Source: a virus
Taxonomy: Duplodnaviria; Caudoviricetes
Strand: one strand, 5' to 3'
IMG/VR virus record: IMGVR_UViG_3300049914_000028
Span: 1-50,793 of that record
DNA: 50,793 bases
The stretch's first letter is position 1; every line of letters begins with the position of its first letter. The translations under genes and the position numbers were made by a program. Under the pieces are notes generated by a model, which searched no databases, had not been told where the DNA came from, and was given only the letters and a program-made list of their open reading frames with translations. Of the stretch, positions 1 to 9,486 are shown piece after piece.

Positions 1-1950
1 ATGCAACAGATATCCAAACTTGAAGATTTGCAGAACAGACAACCACCCCTTAAAACAGGCGTCGAAAGAAGGATACCGAGTGACGAGGAGCGCCGTTTAA
101 TCAAACAGGTCGAGGAGGCCAAAAGAAAATACGGGATTCAGAGTGTTGACCCGGCAACTCAGCTTAAATCCTCGTTGGATTCGATCAAGACCAGACTGAC
201 AAATCAGATTGCAGATTTGGAGTCTCAGATTGCCTCCCGCGAGAAGATTGTTAAGGTAAAGTCTAAAATTGCCTATGACGCAGAGGCGAATGCGCTAAAG
301 GCTAAGCGCGATAGCCTGAAGAAACAATATGATTTGATCTTTGAAGGGCCAAAGAAAACCCCGGAACAGATTGCCCTACAGTCGTTAAAAACACGACTGA
401 AGAACGAGGAAACGAAACTCATTGATAAACTCAAAAACCTCGACTTCTCTAAAAAAGACAAACAGGTGATCGAACTCGACCCGGAAGCCGCGAAACTGAA
501 AGCCGCGCATGAACGAGCGAAAGAAAACTATAACGTAGTGGCGAAGGCATCCGGGACGGTAACGAAAGAGGAAGCCGCGACTATCGTTGAATTGTCCAAG
601 GCAACCGCAGAAGCAAGAACGGCAATGGAACAGGGTGGCGACAGGTTGGCCTATGGTGCGGCAAGGGTGGCATTTGAGAAGTATGCCGATAGTCTTAAAA
701 ACGGAAAGCAGACGATTCCGCAGATGATAAAAAGCAGGGTGTTGGAAGCCAAAGCAACCTTCGGGGAAAATAAAGCAAAAGCAGTCATGGACTTATTCAA
801 AGATACCATTACTACCATATCGGACAATGCCATTTCAATCGTGGCATCGGTTGATGATAGTTTCCTTGGCAGACAGGGACTGAACACGTTGATGACACAT
901 CCCTCTGTATGGGGTCCGGCTGCCAAGGCATCTTTTGTGGATATTTATAAAACGATGGTAAGTAAACACGGGGGAGAAGCGGTACGAGATTCCCTGTTGG
1001 CCGATGCGTATTCAAGGCCGAATTACCTGAATGGAAGTTATACCATAGCCAAACTTATTCCTAAAACAGAGGAACAGTTTCCGACTTCATTACCCGAAAG
1101 ATTGCCGTTAGGTGTCGGAAGGGTATTCAAAGCATCCGAAAACGCCTTCTTAAACAGTGGTGTTCGGATGAGGATCAACATGTTTGATCTTATTCAAGAG
1201 ACAGCCAAGAAACAGGGGAAGGATGTTACGGATAAGGTTTGGATCAAAGACGTGGGTACGCTTATTAATTCGGTAACGGCGCGCGGCGACTTAGGTAAGT
1301 TAGGTCAGGGTGGGGCGATTAGACTGGTTTTGTGGGCACCCAAAATGCTGAAAGGTAACTGGGATGTTTTGACGGCACATACCGGGGGAACAGGGTTGCA
1401 AACACCATTCGCCAGAAATCAGGCAAGGACCAATCTGCTGAAAATAGTGGGCGAAACTGCGGCAATTGTAGCGGTGGCTAATGCTTTAAGTCCCGGAAGT
1501 GCAGAGACAGACCCACGCAGTTCTGATTTTCTTAAAATAAAAGTAGGAAACACCAGATTCGATATATCCGGTGGCAAGGGGTCAATTATAACCCTATTGG
1601 CACGGGCAATAACATTGAAGTCAAAAAGTACAGTGACGGGGAAAACGACCCCATTAAACTCCGGCAAATATGGTGCCAAAACACTATTCGACGTTGGTAT
1701 AGATTTCCTGGTCAATAAAACGACTCCTCTTGCGAGGACGGCGGTTGAAATATCCAAAGGGAAGACTTATGCGGGTACAAAGCCAACAGTGGGCAGTGTT
1801 GCTTATGGATTAACCACGCCCATCAGTATTCAGAACTTTGTCCAAAACTTCTACGGACCGGACAAAGACGGATCAGTGGCGGCAGTTGTGGGTAGCATTG
1901 TCGATATTGTTGGAATAAACGCGAATACATACGGTCCACGGAAAAAGTAA
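1..1950 (+). CDS. C-terminal part of a very large internal virion/DNA-ejection protein (continues from 48607..50793 across the circular junction)
   Basis: Open from base 1. The same frame is open from 48607 to the window end (…VQLRDLK | MQQISKLED…). Long helical/coiled-coil protein, last gene of the ejection-protein block, followed by a terminator. Confidence 0.7.
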   Translation: MQQISKLEDLQNRQPPLKTGVERRIPSDEERRLIKQVEEAKRKYGIQSVDPATQLKSSLDSIKTRLTNQIADLESQIASREKIVKVKSKIAYDAEANALKAKRDSLKKQYDLIFEGPKKTPEQIALQSLKTRLKNEETKLIDKLKNLDFSKKDKQVIELDPEAAKLKAAHERAKENYNVVAKASGTVTKEEAATIVELSKATAEARTAMEQGGDRLAYGAARVAFEKYADSLKNGKQTIPQMIKSRVLEAKATFGENKAKAVMDLFKDTITTISDNAISIVASVDDSFLGRQGLNTLMTHPSVWGPAAKASFVDIYKTMVSKHGGEAVRDSLLADAYSRPNYLNGSYTIAKLIPKTEEQFPTSLPERLPLGVGRVFKASENAFLNSGVRMRINMFDLIQETAKKQGKDVTDKVWIKDVGTLINSVTARGDLGKLGQGGAIRLVLWAPKMLKGNWDVLTAHTGGTGLQTPFARNQARTNLLKIVGETAAIVAVANALSPGSAETDPRSSDFLKIKVGNTRFDISGGKGSIITLLARAITLKSKSTVTGKTTPLNSGKYGAKTLFDVGIDFLVNKTTPLARTAVEISKGKTYAGTKPTVGSVAYGLTTPISIQNFVQNFYGPDKDGSVAAVVGSIVDIVGINANTYGPRKK

Positions 1951-1956
1951 ATAGAT

Positions 1957-2034
1957 AGCGGTTAATTTCAGAACCTGATTTCAGGAGCTTTGAAGCCCGT
2001 GTTGAGAGTCAAGAGACTTTCGCACGGGCTTTTT
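1957..2034 (+). terminator. Intrinsic terminator with upstream conserved hairpin (motif copy A)
   Basis: AGCGGTTAA-TTTCAGA-A-CCTGA-TT-TCAGG-AGC-TTTGAAG followed by the CCCGTG…CACGGG stem and a T run. Confidence 0.85.
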
Positions 2035-2102
2035 GTTTTATGGAAAGGAGGACAAGAACCATCAGTTAGGCAACAACGAAAATAGAACAAAGGAGGTCTT
2101 AG

Positions 2103-2294
2103 ATGACGGTACAACTGGTCAACGACAAAAGGGAGTTCATTTGGTTATCTACGGACACCAAACCGACTATTGCTTCGTTCAATCGCGGTGCTAAGGGCAC
2201 TTCGACGGATACGGGTGAAAGGTGGATTTACGACGGTGCGGATTGGGTAGAAGACCTTGAACTGATTTACGCACTTTCACAGGTATTAGAATAG
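2103..2294 (+). CDS. Small putative virion protein
   Basis: Strong RBS (AAAGGAGG). Motif 'STDTKPT…DTGERWIYDGADW' resembles small tail-associated proteins. Confidence 0.6.
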   Translation: MTVQLVNDKREFIWLSTDTKPTIASFNRGAKGTSTDTGERWIYDGADWVEDLELIYALSQVLE

Positions 2295-2306
2295 GAGGAT
2301 TGAAAA

Positions 2307-2900
2307 ATGTTAGTTAGTGGAACGAGTAAAACAACCGGAAGTCCCGTTGGGTTGCAAACGGATGATTCAAGGAATCTTTACGTTTCCGCTTACGGTGGAA
2401 AGTATGCACAGGCTGCGTTAGAGGGCAGACTGTTCTCTGCATGTAATTCTACAAAAGTAGCAACCACGGCCGGTGTTACTGGTGCATGGACGGGGCTTTG
2501 CATATCAAATCTGGTAGGTAGTGGTAAGAAGGTTATCGTTCACGAGTTTGCATGGGGTCTGATGATTGCTTCTGACGCGGCTGGTAACGTTGGACTTATG
2601 ACAGGCTCGATTGCGGCGCCAGCAGCAGGAGTTACGGTACATAACTGCCTTGATGGCGAAAGTGCTTCGCTTGCTGTTTATGCAGATGATGGAGCGACTA
2701 TCGTTACTCCATTACAGGTAAGAACGTATGGAGAATACGGTACAGGGGCCACTAATCTCTTTTCAACTGTCGGACCTCACATTATTAATCTCAATGGTAG
2801 TCTTGTGCTTCCTGCGGGGCGTACTGTGGCTACGTTCACTACGTTAGCAACGACAGCCTGTTTCCAATTCCACTTTTTATGGGAGGAAGTCGCAGCGTAG
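2307..2900 (+). CDS. Putative structural (tail-associated) protein
   Basis: RBS GGAGG; Gly/Ala/Thr-rich beta-type composition; located in the structural region. Confidence 0.55.
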   Translation: MLVSGTSKTTGSPVGLQTDDSRNLYVSAYGGKYAQAALEGRLFSACNSTKVATTAGVTGAWTGLCISNLVGSGKKVIVHEFAWGLMIASDAAGNVGLMTGSIAAPAAGVTVHNCLDGESASLAVYADDGATIVTPLQVRTYGEYGTGATNLFSTVGPHIINLNGSLVLPAGRTVATFTTLATTACFQFHFLWEEVAA

Positions 2901-2914
2901 TATCAGTAACCAAC

Positions 2915-2940
2915 GGGTCTGCCTCTTCGGGGGCAGGCCC
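2915..2940 (+). other. GC-rich UUCG-capped hairpin without a U tract
   Basis: GGGTCTGCCTC-TTCG-GGGGCAGGCCC in the intergenic space. Confidence 0.6.
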
Positions 2941-2956
2941 ATCCATTGAGGATTAG

Positions 2957-5197
2957 ATGGAAGATACATACCGAATAACTGCCCTTGAAGATAAGTATTT
3001 CCGCGTTCCCTGGTATGTGACCGTCACAGCCGGGACGACAGGGACGATTACGCCTCCCACGGGCGGGACGATTGTGATGAACCAGTGGGGGGGCAGTGTT
3101 ACGGCAAAGTCAAGCACAATTACAATAAAGGAAAGGCCGACCGGGATTCCGGCAAAGAACGCTGGCGGGGTCGATATAACCGTCACCATGAGCATCACGG
3201 GCGCATGGGCGTTATCAGATACGCCATCCGCCTATCCCATTGCAATCATCTATTATTACGATGTCAAATTGTTTAATTTCGATAGGAATTATTCTCTCGA
3301 TACGGTTACATCCCCAAGTATTCATGCCGTTGGCGACAGCATCGCCGCCTCTATCTCCGACGCCGACACAACTCATTCCCCTGACGGAAATTCAGTCTTT
3401 GATGCCTTGGCGCTTAAGGCTCCTCTTGCAAGTCCTGTCTTTACGACGCAGATCACCACGCCGCAGATTGTTGCCCCTGCTGCATCCCTGATTATTAAAC
3501 CGACCACAGATGGTACGACGGCCATTCAGATTACTGACAAGGATGGGAATGCAATTCTGGATGTTGACACAACGAATAACAGGATATGGATTCATGGTTC
3601 GGGTAGTACTTTCATTGTTACATCTGATGGAAGTGTTAATAATCTGATTGGTAACTTTGAGTTAAATAACGGAGCGGATGCTGCGATAGGTTTTCAATAC
3701 TATGGTTATCCGGCATCCTACGCAACTGATTACTTAAAAAGCACGGTAGCAATTTATGGAAGTAATGTGGCTGCTTATCTTAATATTATAGCGGGCGGCA
3801 CTGCGGCCATTAGATTTTTAATTGGCGGGTGGAATGCTGTTACTTATGAAAAGATGCGAATTACTTCCGGCGGCAAAATCGGCATGTCCGGTTTCACCGC
3901 CCCACTCTCCGACCTCTGCGTTGATAGTCTTCATGTAGGCAGCGAAACCGATGCAGGGGCAAACAATCTCCTGGTGGATGGGACAATCAACAAGGTAACG
4001 GTCACGGCCCCTGCTACTTCAGCCACTCTTACCGTTGCCGATGGCAAAGAATTACATGTCGAAGACACCACTCATGTCAATCAAGACTTGACCACTGACG
4101 CACAGCCGACATTCGCGCAACTTGCAGGACTTGGCGCACCTGACGCCAACGGTGAGGCTATCCGACAGACGGCGAAGATCACAGAGGCATTGCTTGAAAG
4201 TGCGACGGATTTGAAGCACGCCATTGCAACGGTCTCCGCGCCCATCTCCGTAACAGGCCAGGCCCTTTCCCTCGTCAACGACGCAGCGGCAGCCGTGACG
4301 GAAATCGACACCGGCGCGCTGGCGAACTCAGATACGGTTGTTCCGACGAGTAAGGCGGTGCTAAGCAATCTACCTCATAGGAACATCATCATCAATGGCG
4401 GTTTCACTATCAATCAACGTGCCTATGTTTCTGCTGCCGCTCTTGCGGCAGGAGTCTATGGACATGATAGATGGAAGGGTGGCGCAGGTGGCGGAACTTA
4501 TTCCTTTACTCAACTTGCAGGCCCTACAACTATAACCATTGCCGCCAACAAGACACTCATTCAAGTAATCGAAGATGTTAATGTTTATGGTGGAAGTTAT
4601 GTGCTGAGTTGGACCGGAACCTGTCAGGCACGTTACGCCATAAATAGTGCAACGCCCGCAGGTGCCTATGCCGCCAGTCCTATCGTAATCACAGGGCAAA
4701 CAGCGGGAACAACCATGTCTGTCGAGTTTGGGAATGGTGCTGCTTCGGGAACCCTTGGATTAGTACAACTTGAACTCAGCCCGGTTGTAACACCCTTTGA
4801 GTTTAGACTTTACCCGCAAGAATTGGCATTGTGTCAGAGGTATTGCCAGTTGTTAAAGCCGGGGAATGCCGCAATACAGGGATTTAAGTACGCAACAAAA
4901 TACATAGATGCGATATTAACCATCTCGCCCATGAGAGCCAACCCAACTTTAGTCGGTAATGACATTTTAGCATGGAAAGGCGCAGCTAATCCCGCACTTG
5001 GCGAAATAAATGCTTACAGTATTCTTGGGAGTGCATATTTAACCATAACCGGAGCTTTAACTGTCTCAATACAATTTGTTAGTACAACTTCATTTATATT
5101 TAGATGTGTGGCAGCAACATCGTTTACTGGAACGGATGGTGACTTGGTACTAATGAACGCTTATTCTGCCACCGCCGTACTAAGTGCCGAATTATAA
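2957..5197 (+). CDS. Tail fibre / receptor-binding protein
   Basis: 746 aa, A/T/G-rich. Fibre-type motifs 'LALKAPLASPVFT', 'EKMRITSGGKIG', 'RNIIINGGFTINQR…DRW', 'VQLE…TPFEFR…ELALCQRY', ending 'SAEL'. Confidence 0.85.
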   Translation: MEDTYRITALEDKYFRVPWYVTVTAGTTGTITPPTGGTIVMNQWGGSVTAKSSTITIKERPTGIPAKNAGGVDITVTMSITGAWALSDTPSAYPIAIIYYYDVKLFNFDRNYSLDTVTSPSIHAVGDSIAASISDADTTHSPDGNSVFDALALKAPLASPVFTTQITTPQIVAPAASLIIKPTTDGTTAIQITDKDGNAILDVDTTNNRIWIHGSGSTFIVTSDGSVNNLIGNFELNNGADAAIGFQYYGYPASYATDYLKSTVAIYGSNVAAYLNIIAGGTAAIRFLIGGWNAVTYEKMRITSGGKIGMSGFTAPLSDLCVDSLHVGSETDAGANNLLVDGTINKVTVTAPATSATLTVADGKELHVEDTTHVNQDLTTDAQPTFAQLAGLGAPDANGEAIRQTAKITEALLESATDLKHAIATVSAPISVTGQALSLVNDAAAAVTEIDTGALANSDTVVPTSKAVLSNLPHRNIIINGGFTINQRAYVSAAALAAGVYGHDRWKGGAGGGTYSFTQLAGPTTITIAANKTLIQVIEDVNVYGGSYVLSWTGTCQARYAINSATPAGAYAASPIVITGQTAGTTMSVEFGNGAASGTLGLVQLELSPVVTPFEFRLYPQELALCQRYCQLLKPGNAAIQGFKYATKYIDAILTISPMRANPTLVGNDILAWKGAANPALGEINAYSILGSAYLTITGALTVSIQFVSTTSFIFRCVAATSFTGTDGDLVLMNAYSATAVLSAEL

Positions 5198-5231
5198 GGA
5201 TTTCCGCCAATACGCGTGAAGGAGAAGGCAA

Positions 5232-5492
5232 ATGACAACAGGTGACAGTGGAAACAGTTCTCGGTTTGTATCGGTTAAACTCCTGATTACGATTCTATTG
5301 GCCGTTGTCTTTGCGGCAACAAGTCTGATCCTTAGCGACACGCGATCCAGCGTTTCAAGCGCGCAGGCGGAGTTGAAATCAATCCAACTCTTAAAACTGG
5401 ACAAGGATCAGTATTACCGGGACATGGCGGACGTTAAGGATGTTCTGCAACGGATGGATGTGAAACTTGACAGACTGACCGGGAGAAAGTAA
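5232..5492 (+). CDS. Single-TM coiled-coil protein of the lysis cassette (holin/antiholin-like)
   Basis: N-terminal TM helix followed by coiled coil '…VKDVLQRMDVKLDRL'; upstream of the endolysin. Confidence 0.55.
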   Translation: MTTGDSGNSSRFVSVKLLITILLAVVFAATSLILSDTRSSVSSAQAELKSIQLLKLDKDQYYRDMADVKDVLQRMDVKLDRLTGRK

Positions 5493-5683
5493 TGAAAAAA
5501 TACCTCCTACTCATTGCATTATTGATCGGATTTAAAGACGGGTCAACACTTGCTATTGACGGCTTTCCCCGCGTATTTGTCTCGATACCCACAATGGAAT
5601 TTTTTGTAGAGGGTTTATCTGTCCCCATCCCTATGGCGGATGTTGTGGTTTGGGGATACTGGCCTGATAATCTGGTGATGTAA
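5492..5683 (+). CDS. Small hypothetical protein with signal-like N-terminus
   Basis: TAATG coupling to the previous gene; fills the gap before the endolysin. Confidence 0.5.
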   Translation: MKKYLLLIALLIGFKDGSTLAIDGFPRVFVSIPTMEFFVEGLSVPIPMADVVVWGYWPDNLVM

Positions 5684-5685
5684 GA

Positions 5686-6198
5686 ATGAAAGAGAATTTT
5701 GAACAATCTTTGAACTTTGTTCTTGCCAGTGAGGGCGGATACTCAGACGATTCTGCCGATAAGGGTGGAGAGACTAACTTTGGCATTTCCAAAAAGTCGC
5801 ATCCAGACGAAGACATAGCGAACATGACTCTTGAACGGGCCGCAGAGATATACCAAAAAGACTATTGGATGCCCATCAGAGGCGATGATCTTCCCTCCGG
5901 CGTGGATTATGTGACCTTTGATTCAGCGGTGAATCATGGCCCCGGAAATGCCGGACGATTCTTACAACGGGCATCTAACAGGCAAATTGGGACGCTGACC
6001 ACGGATGGCGTTATTGGTCCTATGACGATTGAGAAAGTGGCAAGGTGTGAACCGCGAGGTCTTATCTGCGACATCCTGCGGGAAAGGGACATCTTCTATC
6101 GCAAGATAGTTGCGCGGGACATTTCACAGTCGAAGTTTATGCGCGGGTGGCTGGCCCGATTAGCAACAGTAGCGGTGAATGTGCGGAATTTTGAGTGA
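5686..6198 (+). CDS. Endolysin, glycoside hydrolase family 108 with peptidoglycan-binding C-terminus
   Basis: 'EGGYSDD…DKGGETNFGIS', 'FDSAVNHG', 'DGVIGPMT', 'F.RGWL.R' motifs. Confidence 0.92.
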   Translation: MKENFEQSLNFVLASEGGYSDDSADKGGETNFGISKKSHPDEDIANMTLERAAEIYQKDYWMPIRGDDLPSGVDYVTFDSAVNHGPGNAGRFLQRASNRQIGTLTTDGVIGPMTIEKVARCEPRGLICDILRERDIFYRKIVARDISQSKFMRGWLARLATVAVNVRNFE

Positions 6199-6297
6199 AG
6201 GGAAGGATAAATGAACCGGAAACGAAAAGGGTAACATATCACGCAAACTATTAGAAATACTAAATGAGAACGGACATGAATAAGGAACTGATTATTG

Positions 6298-6522
6298 ATG
6301 ATGACGAGCCTCCTAATCTTTGGAGCCAACTTCTTAACAGATGTTTTGGCCGTGTCTTTCGTTCAACAGGTAATGCAGGGTCACGCTCTATGGGCGAGTC
6401 TTGTTTCCGTCGCATTGGTAGGTCTATCGGGTTTTTCAATGATAACGATTGTGAGGCGTCCCGTTACTATCTTGTGTGCTATGGCGGGAGCTTTTTGTGG
6501 ATGTTATGTAATGATAATGTGA
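6298..6522 (+). CDS. Small multi-pass membrane protein
   Basis: About three hydrophobic segments, 'GAFCGCY' C-terminal motif; within the lysis cassette. Confidence 0.5.
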   Translation: MMTSLLIFGANFLTDVLAVSFVQQVMQGHALWASLVSVALVGLSGFSMITIVRRPVTILCAMAGAFCGCYVMIM

Positions 6523-6588
6523 GGCGTAAAAAAACATGGCTCTACTGATTCCCATTATTGTTGCAACGATTCTTTACTTGGCGGGTGT

Positions 6589-6897
6589 GTGATGAAAGAA
6601 TTTTTCCTTAAAATGCTTTCCGCAGTCGATCCGTCTATATCGTCGGGACGGTTCCTTTCCGTGACTACCGTGCTGACCATCCTCTATACCTGGATGTGGG
6701 TGAGCATCTATACGCGGACGATCCAGGACATCCCGATTGGGGTTTATACCTTCGCCGGGTTGGTGATTGCGGGTAAGACGGTCGGGATGTTCGCGGAGAG
6801 GCCCAGGGAAGGTGTGACGACAACAACCGAAACAGCGACTAAAACCGTGACAGGAGATACGAAAGATGAAAATCGGCCCGTACGAAATCGCAAATAA
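6589..6897 (+). CDS. Putative holin (2 TM)
   Basis: 'SSGRFL' followed by two TM helices and a charged tail. Confidence 0.6.
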   Translation: MMKEFFLKMLSAVDPSISSGRFLSVTTVLTILYTWMWVSIYTRTIQDIPIGVYTFAGLVIAGKTVGMFAERPREGVTTTTETATKTVTGDTKDENRPVRNRK

Positions 6898-7231
6898 GTG
6901 GCTTGCCGTGGGAGGCGCAATATTGGCGGGAATCCTTGTGCTGGCAATTATCTCAATCCCGTCCTGTAGCAAGCCGCCCGATACCACGGCGGCAATCGCC
7001 GCCATGAAGGTTGAACTCGAAAAGCAATACCAGTCTCAGATCACCGAGAAGGATACGCAGATCACAGACTATAAATCGCGCCTTACGCTCTCAGAAGGGA
7101 AATACAAGGTGCTGGTTTCGCAGTATGTCGATCTGGAAAGGAGAAAAAAGGATGTCAAGCCGCCGACAACGAATAAAGAACTTCGGAATCGTTTTACTGC
7201 TCTCGGTTATCCTCCTCTGGCCTCTAAATAG
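6866..7231 (+). CDS. Putative spanin inner-membrane subunit (Rz-like)
   Basis: N-terminal TM plus coiled coil; overlaps the next gene. Confidence 0.55.
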   Translation: MKIGPYEIANKWLAVGGAILAGILVLAIISIPSCSKPPDTTAAIAAMKVELEKQYQSQITEKDTQITDYKSRLTLSEGKYKVLVSQYVDLERRKKDVKPPTTNKELRNRFTALGYPPLASK

Positions 7232-7619
7232 TTTCGGCCAGGAGGTGTGTAAGACTGATGGGTTGCCTCTGTACACAACGGAAACGGTTTGCTTCGATGC
7301 GGAAACGGCCGGGCAGATGGTCGTGGCATTGGAGCAAGCGAAGATCACAGAACAGATGCTTGTAAATCAGGCTGGGGGTAATGCAGAGCTCCAGCAACAG
7401 GTTGACATCCTCAGGGGCACGATCAAACTCTATGAGGATCAGATAACAGCTTACAAGAATATGTCTGACATGGCTCAGAAGATGAGCGACATGAAGGACA
7501 AGGCTTATCAGGATCAACTAAAGGCCGCAAAGCCTACCTTTATGGATAATCTAAAAAGTAATTTCCTCGCCGGGGGGATAGGGGCAATTATAGCAGTCGT
7601 AGCAATACTTTTGATATAG
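7152..7619 (+). CDS. Putative second spanin component
   Basis: Likely start is ATG 7152. Signal peptide, coiled coil and C-terminal TM; overlaps the Rz-like gene. Confidence 0.5.
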   Translation: MSSRRQRIKNFGIVLLLSVILLWPLNSFGQEVCKTDGLPLYTTETVCFDAETAGQMVVALEQAKITEQMLVNQAGGNAELQQQVDILRGTIKLYEDQITAYKNMSDMAQKMSDMKDKAYQDQLKAAKPTFMDNLKSNFLAGGIGAIIAVVAILLI

Positions 7620-7642
7620 GAATTTCCCCTCCATGCGGGAGA

Positions 7643-7942
7643 CTATGTGGATAGTTTTATCCTAAACCAATAATGTCCGCCGCGTTCGCTTTTAATCCAA
7701 TATAGTGTCCAGAAAATAAAATTGTTTTTCAATGCTCCGACGATTGTCTCGTTTCCCGACCATCCAGCGGTTGACAGGCGTAATCTTAAAACCTTTTTCC
7801 CTTTAAGATCAAAGAAACCACAATCGGCATACAACCATCGATCACGGATATAATCAATAAGACCCGAAACGCCCTTTTTAACAATATCCCATTCGGAAAT
7901 TATTTTCAATTCTTCTCTGGTCGGATAACCATCCAGATCCAT
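7643..7942 (-). CDS. Hypothetical phage protein
   Basis: RBS GGAGG before MDLDGYP; 'STAGWSGNE…W…RGGHYWF' motif. Confidence 0.65.
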   Translation of the reverse strand: MDLDGYPTREELKIISEWDIVKKGVSGLIDYIRDRWLYADCGFFDLKGKKVLRLRLSTAGWSGNETIVGALKNNFIFWTLYWIKSERGGHYWFRIKLST

Positions 7943-8025
7943 AGTCCCTCCTTTCAAATGTACAAGGTGTGTGACATATATCCGCCAAAATTGGGGTTTG
8001 ATTTCATTCAATAAATGGCGGAAAC

Positions 8026-8205
8026 TTAGGCGTCTTTCCATCCATTTAAGCTAAGATTTTTGTGGATATACCTCTCCGCCTCTTCTTTAGTTGAAAATTC
8101 TAAGATGGTCGGACTTCCCCAAAAACTTTTATACCCCCCGAATTTGGTTTGCTGAATCCTGAAAACTTCCCCGTCGGTTATAACCTTAAAACATCCTTCT
8201 TTCAT
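8026..8205 (-). CDS. Hypothetical protein
   Basis: RBS AAGGAGG before MKEGCF; 'EFSTKEEAERYI' motif common in small phage proteins. Confidence 0.55.
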   Translation of the reverse strand: MKEGCFKVITDGEVFRIQQTKFGGYKSFWGSPTILEFSTKEEAERYIHKNLSLNGWKDA

Positions 8206-8282
8206 AAATCCTCCTTTTCTCCTCATGTGAGAGGTATGTCCCTATATTTTGGAAAAATAACATCAATAGTTTCAATAATAAT

Positions 8283-8310
8283 TGGCGGAAGTGCATGGGA
8301 ATCGAACCCG
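8283..8310 (-). other. attP core: 3' end (T arm, acceptor strand, CCA) of a tRNA-Sec-like gene
   Basis: Minus strand reads CGGGTTCGATTCCCATGCACTTCCGCCA, a T-loop plus the …CTTCCGCCA end typical of selC. There is no 5' tRNA half, and the site lies just downstream of the integrase. Confidence 0.8.
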
Positions 8311-8529
8311 CGCACCACGTTTATTTATCAATCATTACAATCCTTTGCATTGCTCATTATCGAAAAGTACCATACGTGTCACTATTTCCCCTAACGACCT
8401 TCCAAACTATCTTTTTGATTATGTTACAGTATTCGGGATGATTTTGACACATTTCGGGATCAACACCAGAGCATCCAATTTCTTGACAGATTTTCTTTAT
8501 TTTATCTAACTGCTCTTCGGTAATTCCAG

Positions 8530-8925
8530 TCATTCGTTCTCCACCTTACTTTTCATCTTAATCACCTTCCCCTGAATCCTTCGCTTTGCCTCAAGCCTGA
8601 TCTCCGTGTAACGCATTACCGAGTCGCGCCGTGCGTGATCCGTGAGCATTTGAAGTTCATCCACGCTGCCCCCCTGCTCGTTTATGAACGCCGTGCAGGA
8701 TGAATGTTTCAGACCGGCGTACATTCGTATATTCTCTCCAAGTCGCTTACACGCATTATTCCAGCAGTCCACGAGATAGTCGTGTTGGTATCGCTTTCCG
8801 TCAAGCCGGGAAGATTCGTGGGTAAAGTAATAAGGGCTGACGCAAAGGTGCCGAACCTGCGCCCGTTGCTTAAATTCAGGGTGACAGGGAATTGTATGGA
8901 TACGGTGCGTTTTGGTGTGATTCTT
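8530..8925 (-). pseudogene. int: Tyrosine integrase, C-terminal catalytic fragment only
   Basis: 'TKT…HTIPCHP', 'YAGLKHS', 'LTDHARRDSVMRY' (box II and catalytic Tyr). The N-terminal domains and first catalytic Arg are absent. Confidence 0.75.
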
Positions 8926-9131
8926 GCCTCCTCTACTTCTTCTCTTTCGATCTCTCGGAAAGGGTTGGTCTCCTTCTTGACTGCGGTAATTAAAGAGATA
9001 ACCCCATTTATCTCTGCCCGATGTCCGCAATAAGAAAGTCTTTGAATTACAGATGTTCCCATACTTAATCCATAATCAGGCCACAGATTGGAAGCGACTC
9101 CACACACAGGACAGATGGCGACGTTACTCAT
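8709..9131 (-). CDS. Small Zn-finger early protein, apparently fused out of frame into the integrase remnant
   Basis: CPVC…CGH N-terminus, overlaps the upstream gene's stop; the 3' half overlaps the int fragment in another frame. Confidence 0.45.
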   Translation of the reverse strand: MSNVAICPVCGVASNLWPDYGLSMGTSVIQRLSYCGHRAEINGVISLITAVKKETNPFREIEREEVEEARITPKRTVSIQFPVTLNLSNGRRFGTFASALITLPTNLPGLTESDTNTTISWTAGIMRVSDLERIYECTPV

Positions 9132-9486
9132 CTTTGGCCTCCTTTAAGAACGCCAGAGCCGCATCCCGGAGTTTTCCGGGGATGAGGATGAAGTCAATGT
9201 TTATACAGTATTTCATGGGTCTTGTACCCTCTTTAAGAGTTCCTAAATCTTTATCCAAAAAGAAACAGCCAAAGTCCTCCCTCTTCATCATCTCCCTCAG
9301 CAGGAGATGGATGCCGTCGGGGGTGGTGAAATCGGGATTGATAGCCCACCGCTGCCCACATTTTTTACAGGTATCGTATGAATCTATCCATTTTTTTCCA
9401 CCTGGTGTTGTCCGTCGCATCTTATGAAATTCCGATTCATGCCAGCACAGCCCCAACCGCAAACAGAGTTCCTTATTCTTGTCCAT
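9124..9486 (-). CDS. Hypothetical phage protein (LGLCWHE…CKKC…NPDF)
   Basis: RBS GGAGG; overlaps both neighbours in the leftward operon. Confidence 0.6.
   Translation of the reverse strand: MDKNKELCLRLGLCWHESEFHKMRRTTPGGKKWIDSYDTCKKCGQRWAINPDFTTPDGIHLLLREMMKREDFGCFFLDKDLGTLKEGTRPMKYCINIDFILIPGKLRDAALAFLKEAKDE

Noticed and set aside
2957-5197. Diversity-generating retroelement targeting the tail fibre
   Set aside because: No reverse transcriptase ORF, and no TR/VR repeat pair with adenine-specific mismatches was seen.
8283-8310. Complete tRNA gene
   Set aside because: Only the T arm and acceptor 3' strand are present, with no D or anticodon arm. Interpreted as attP.
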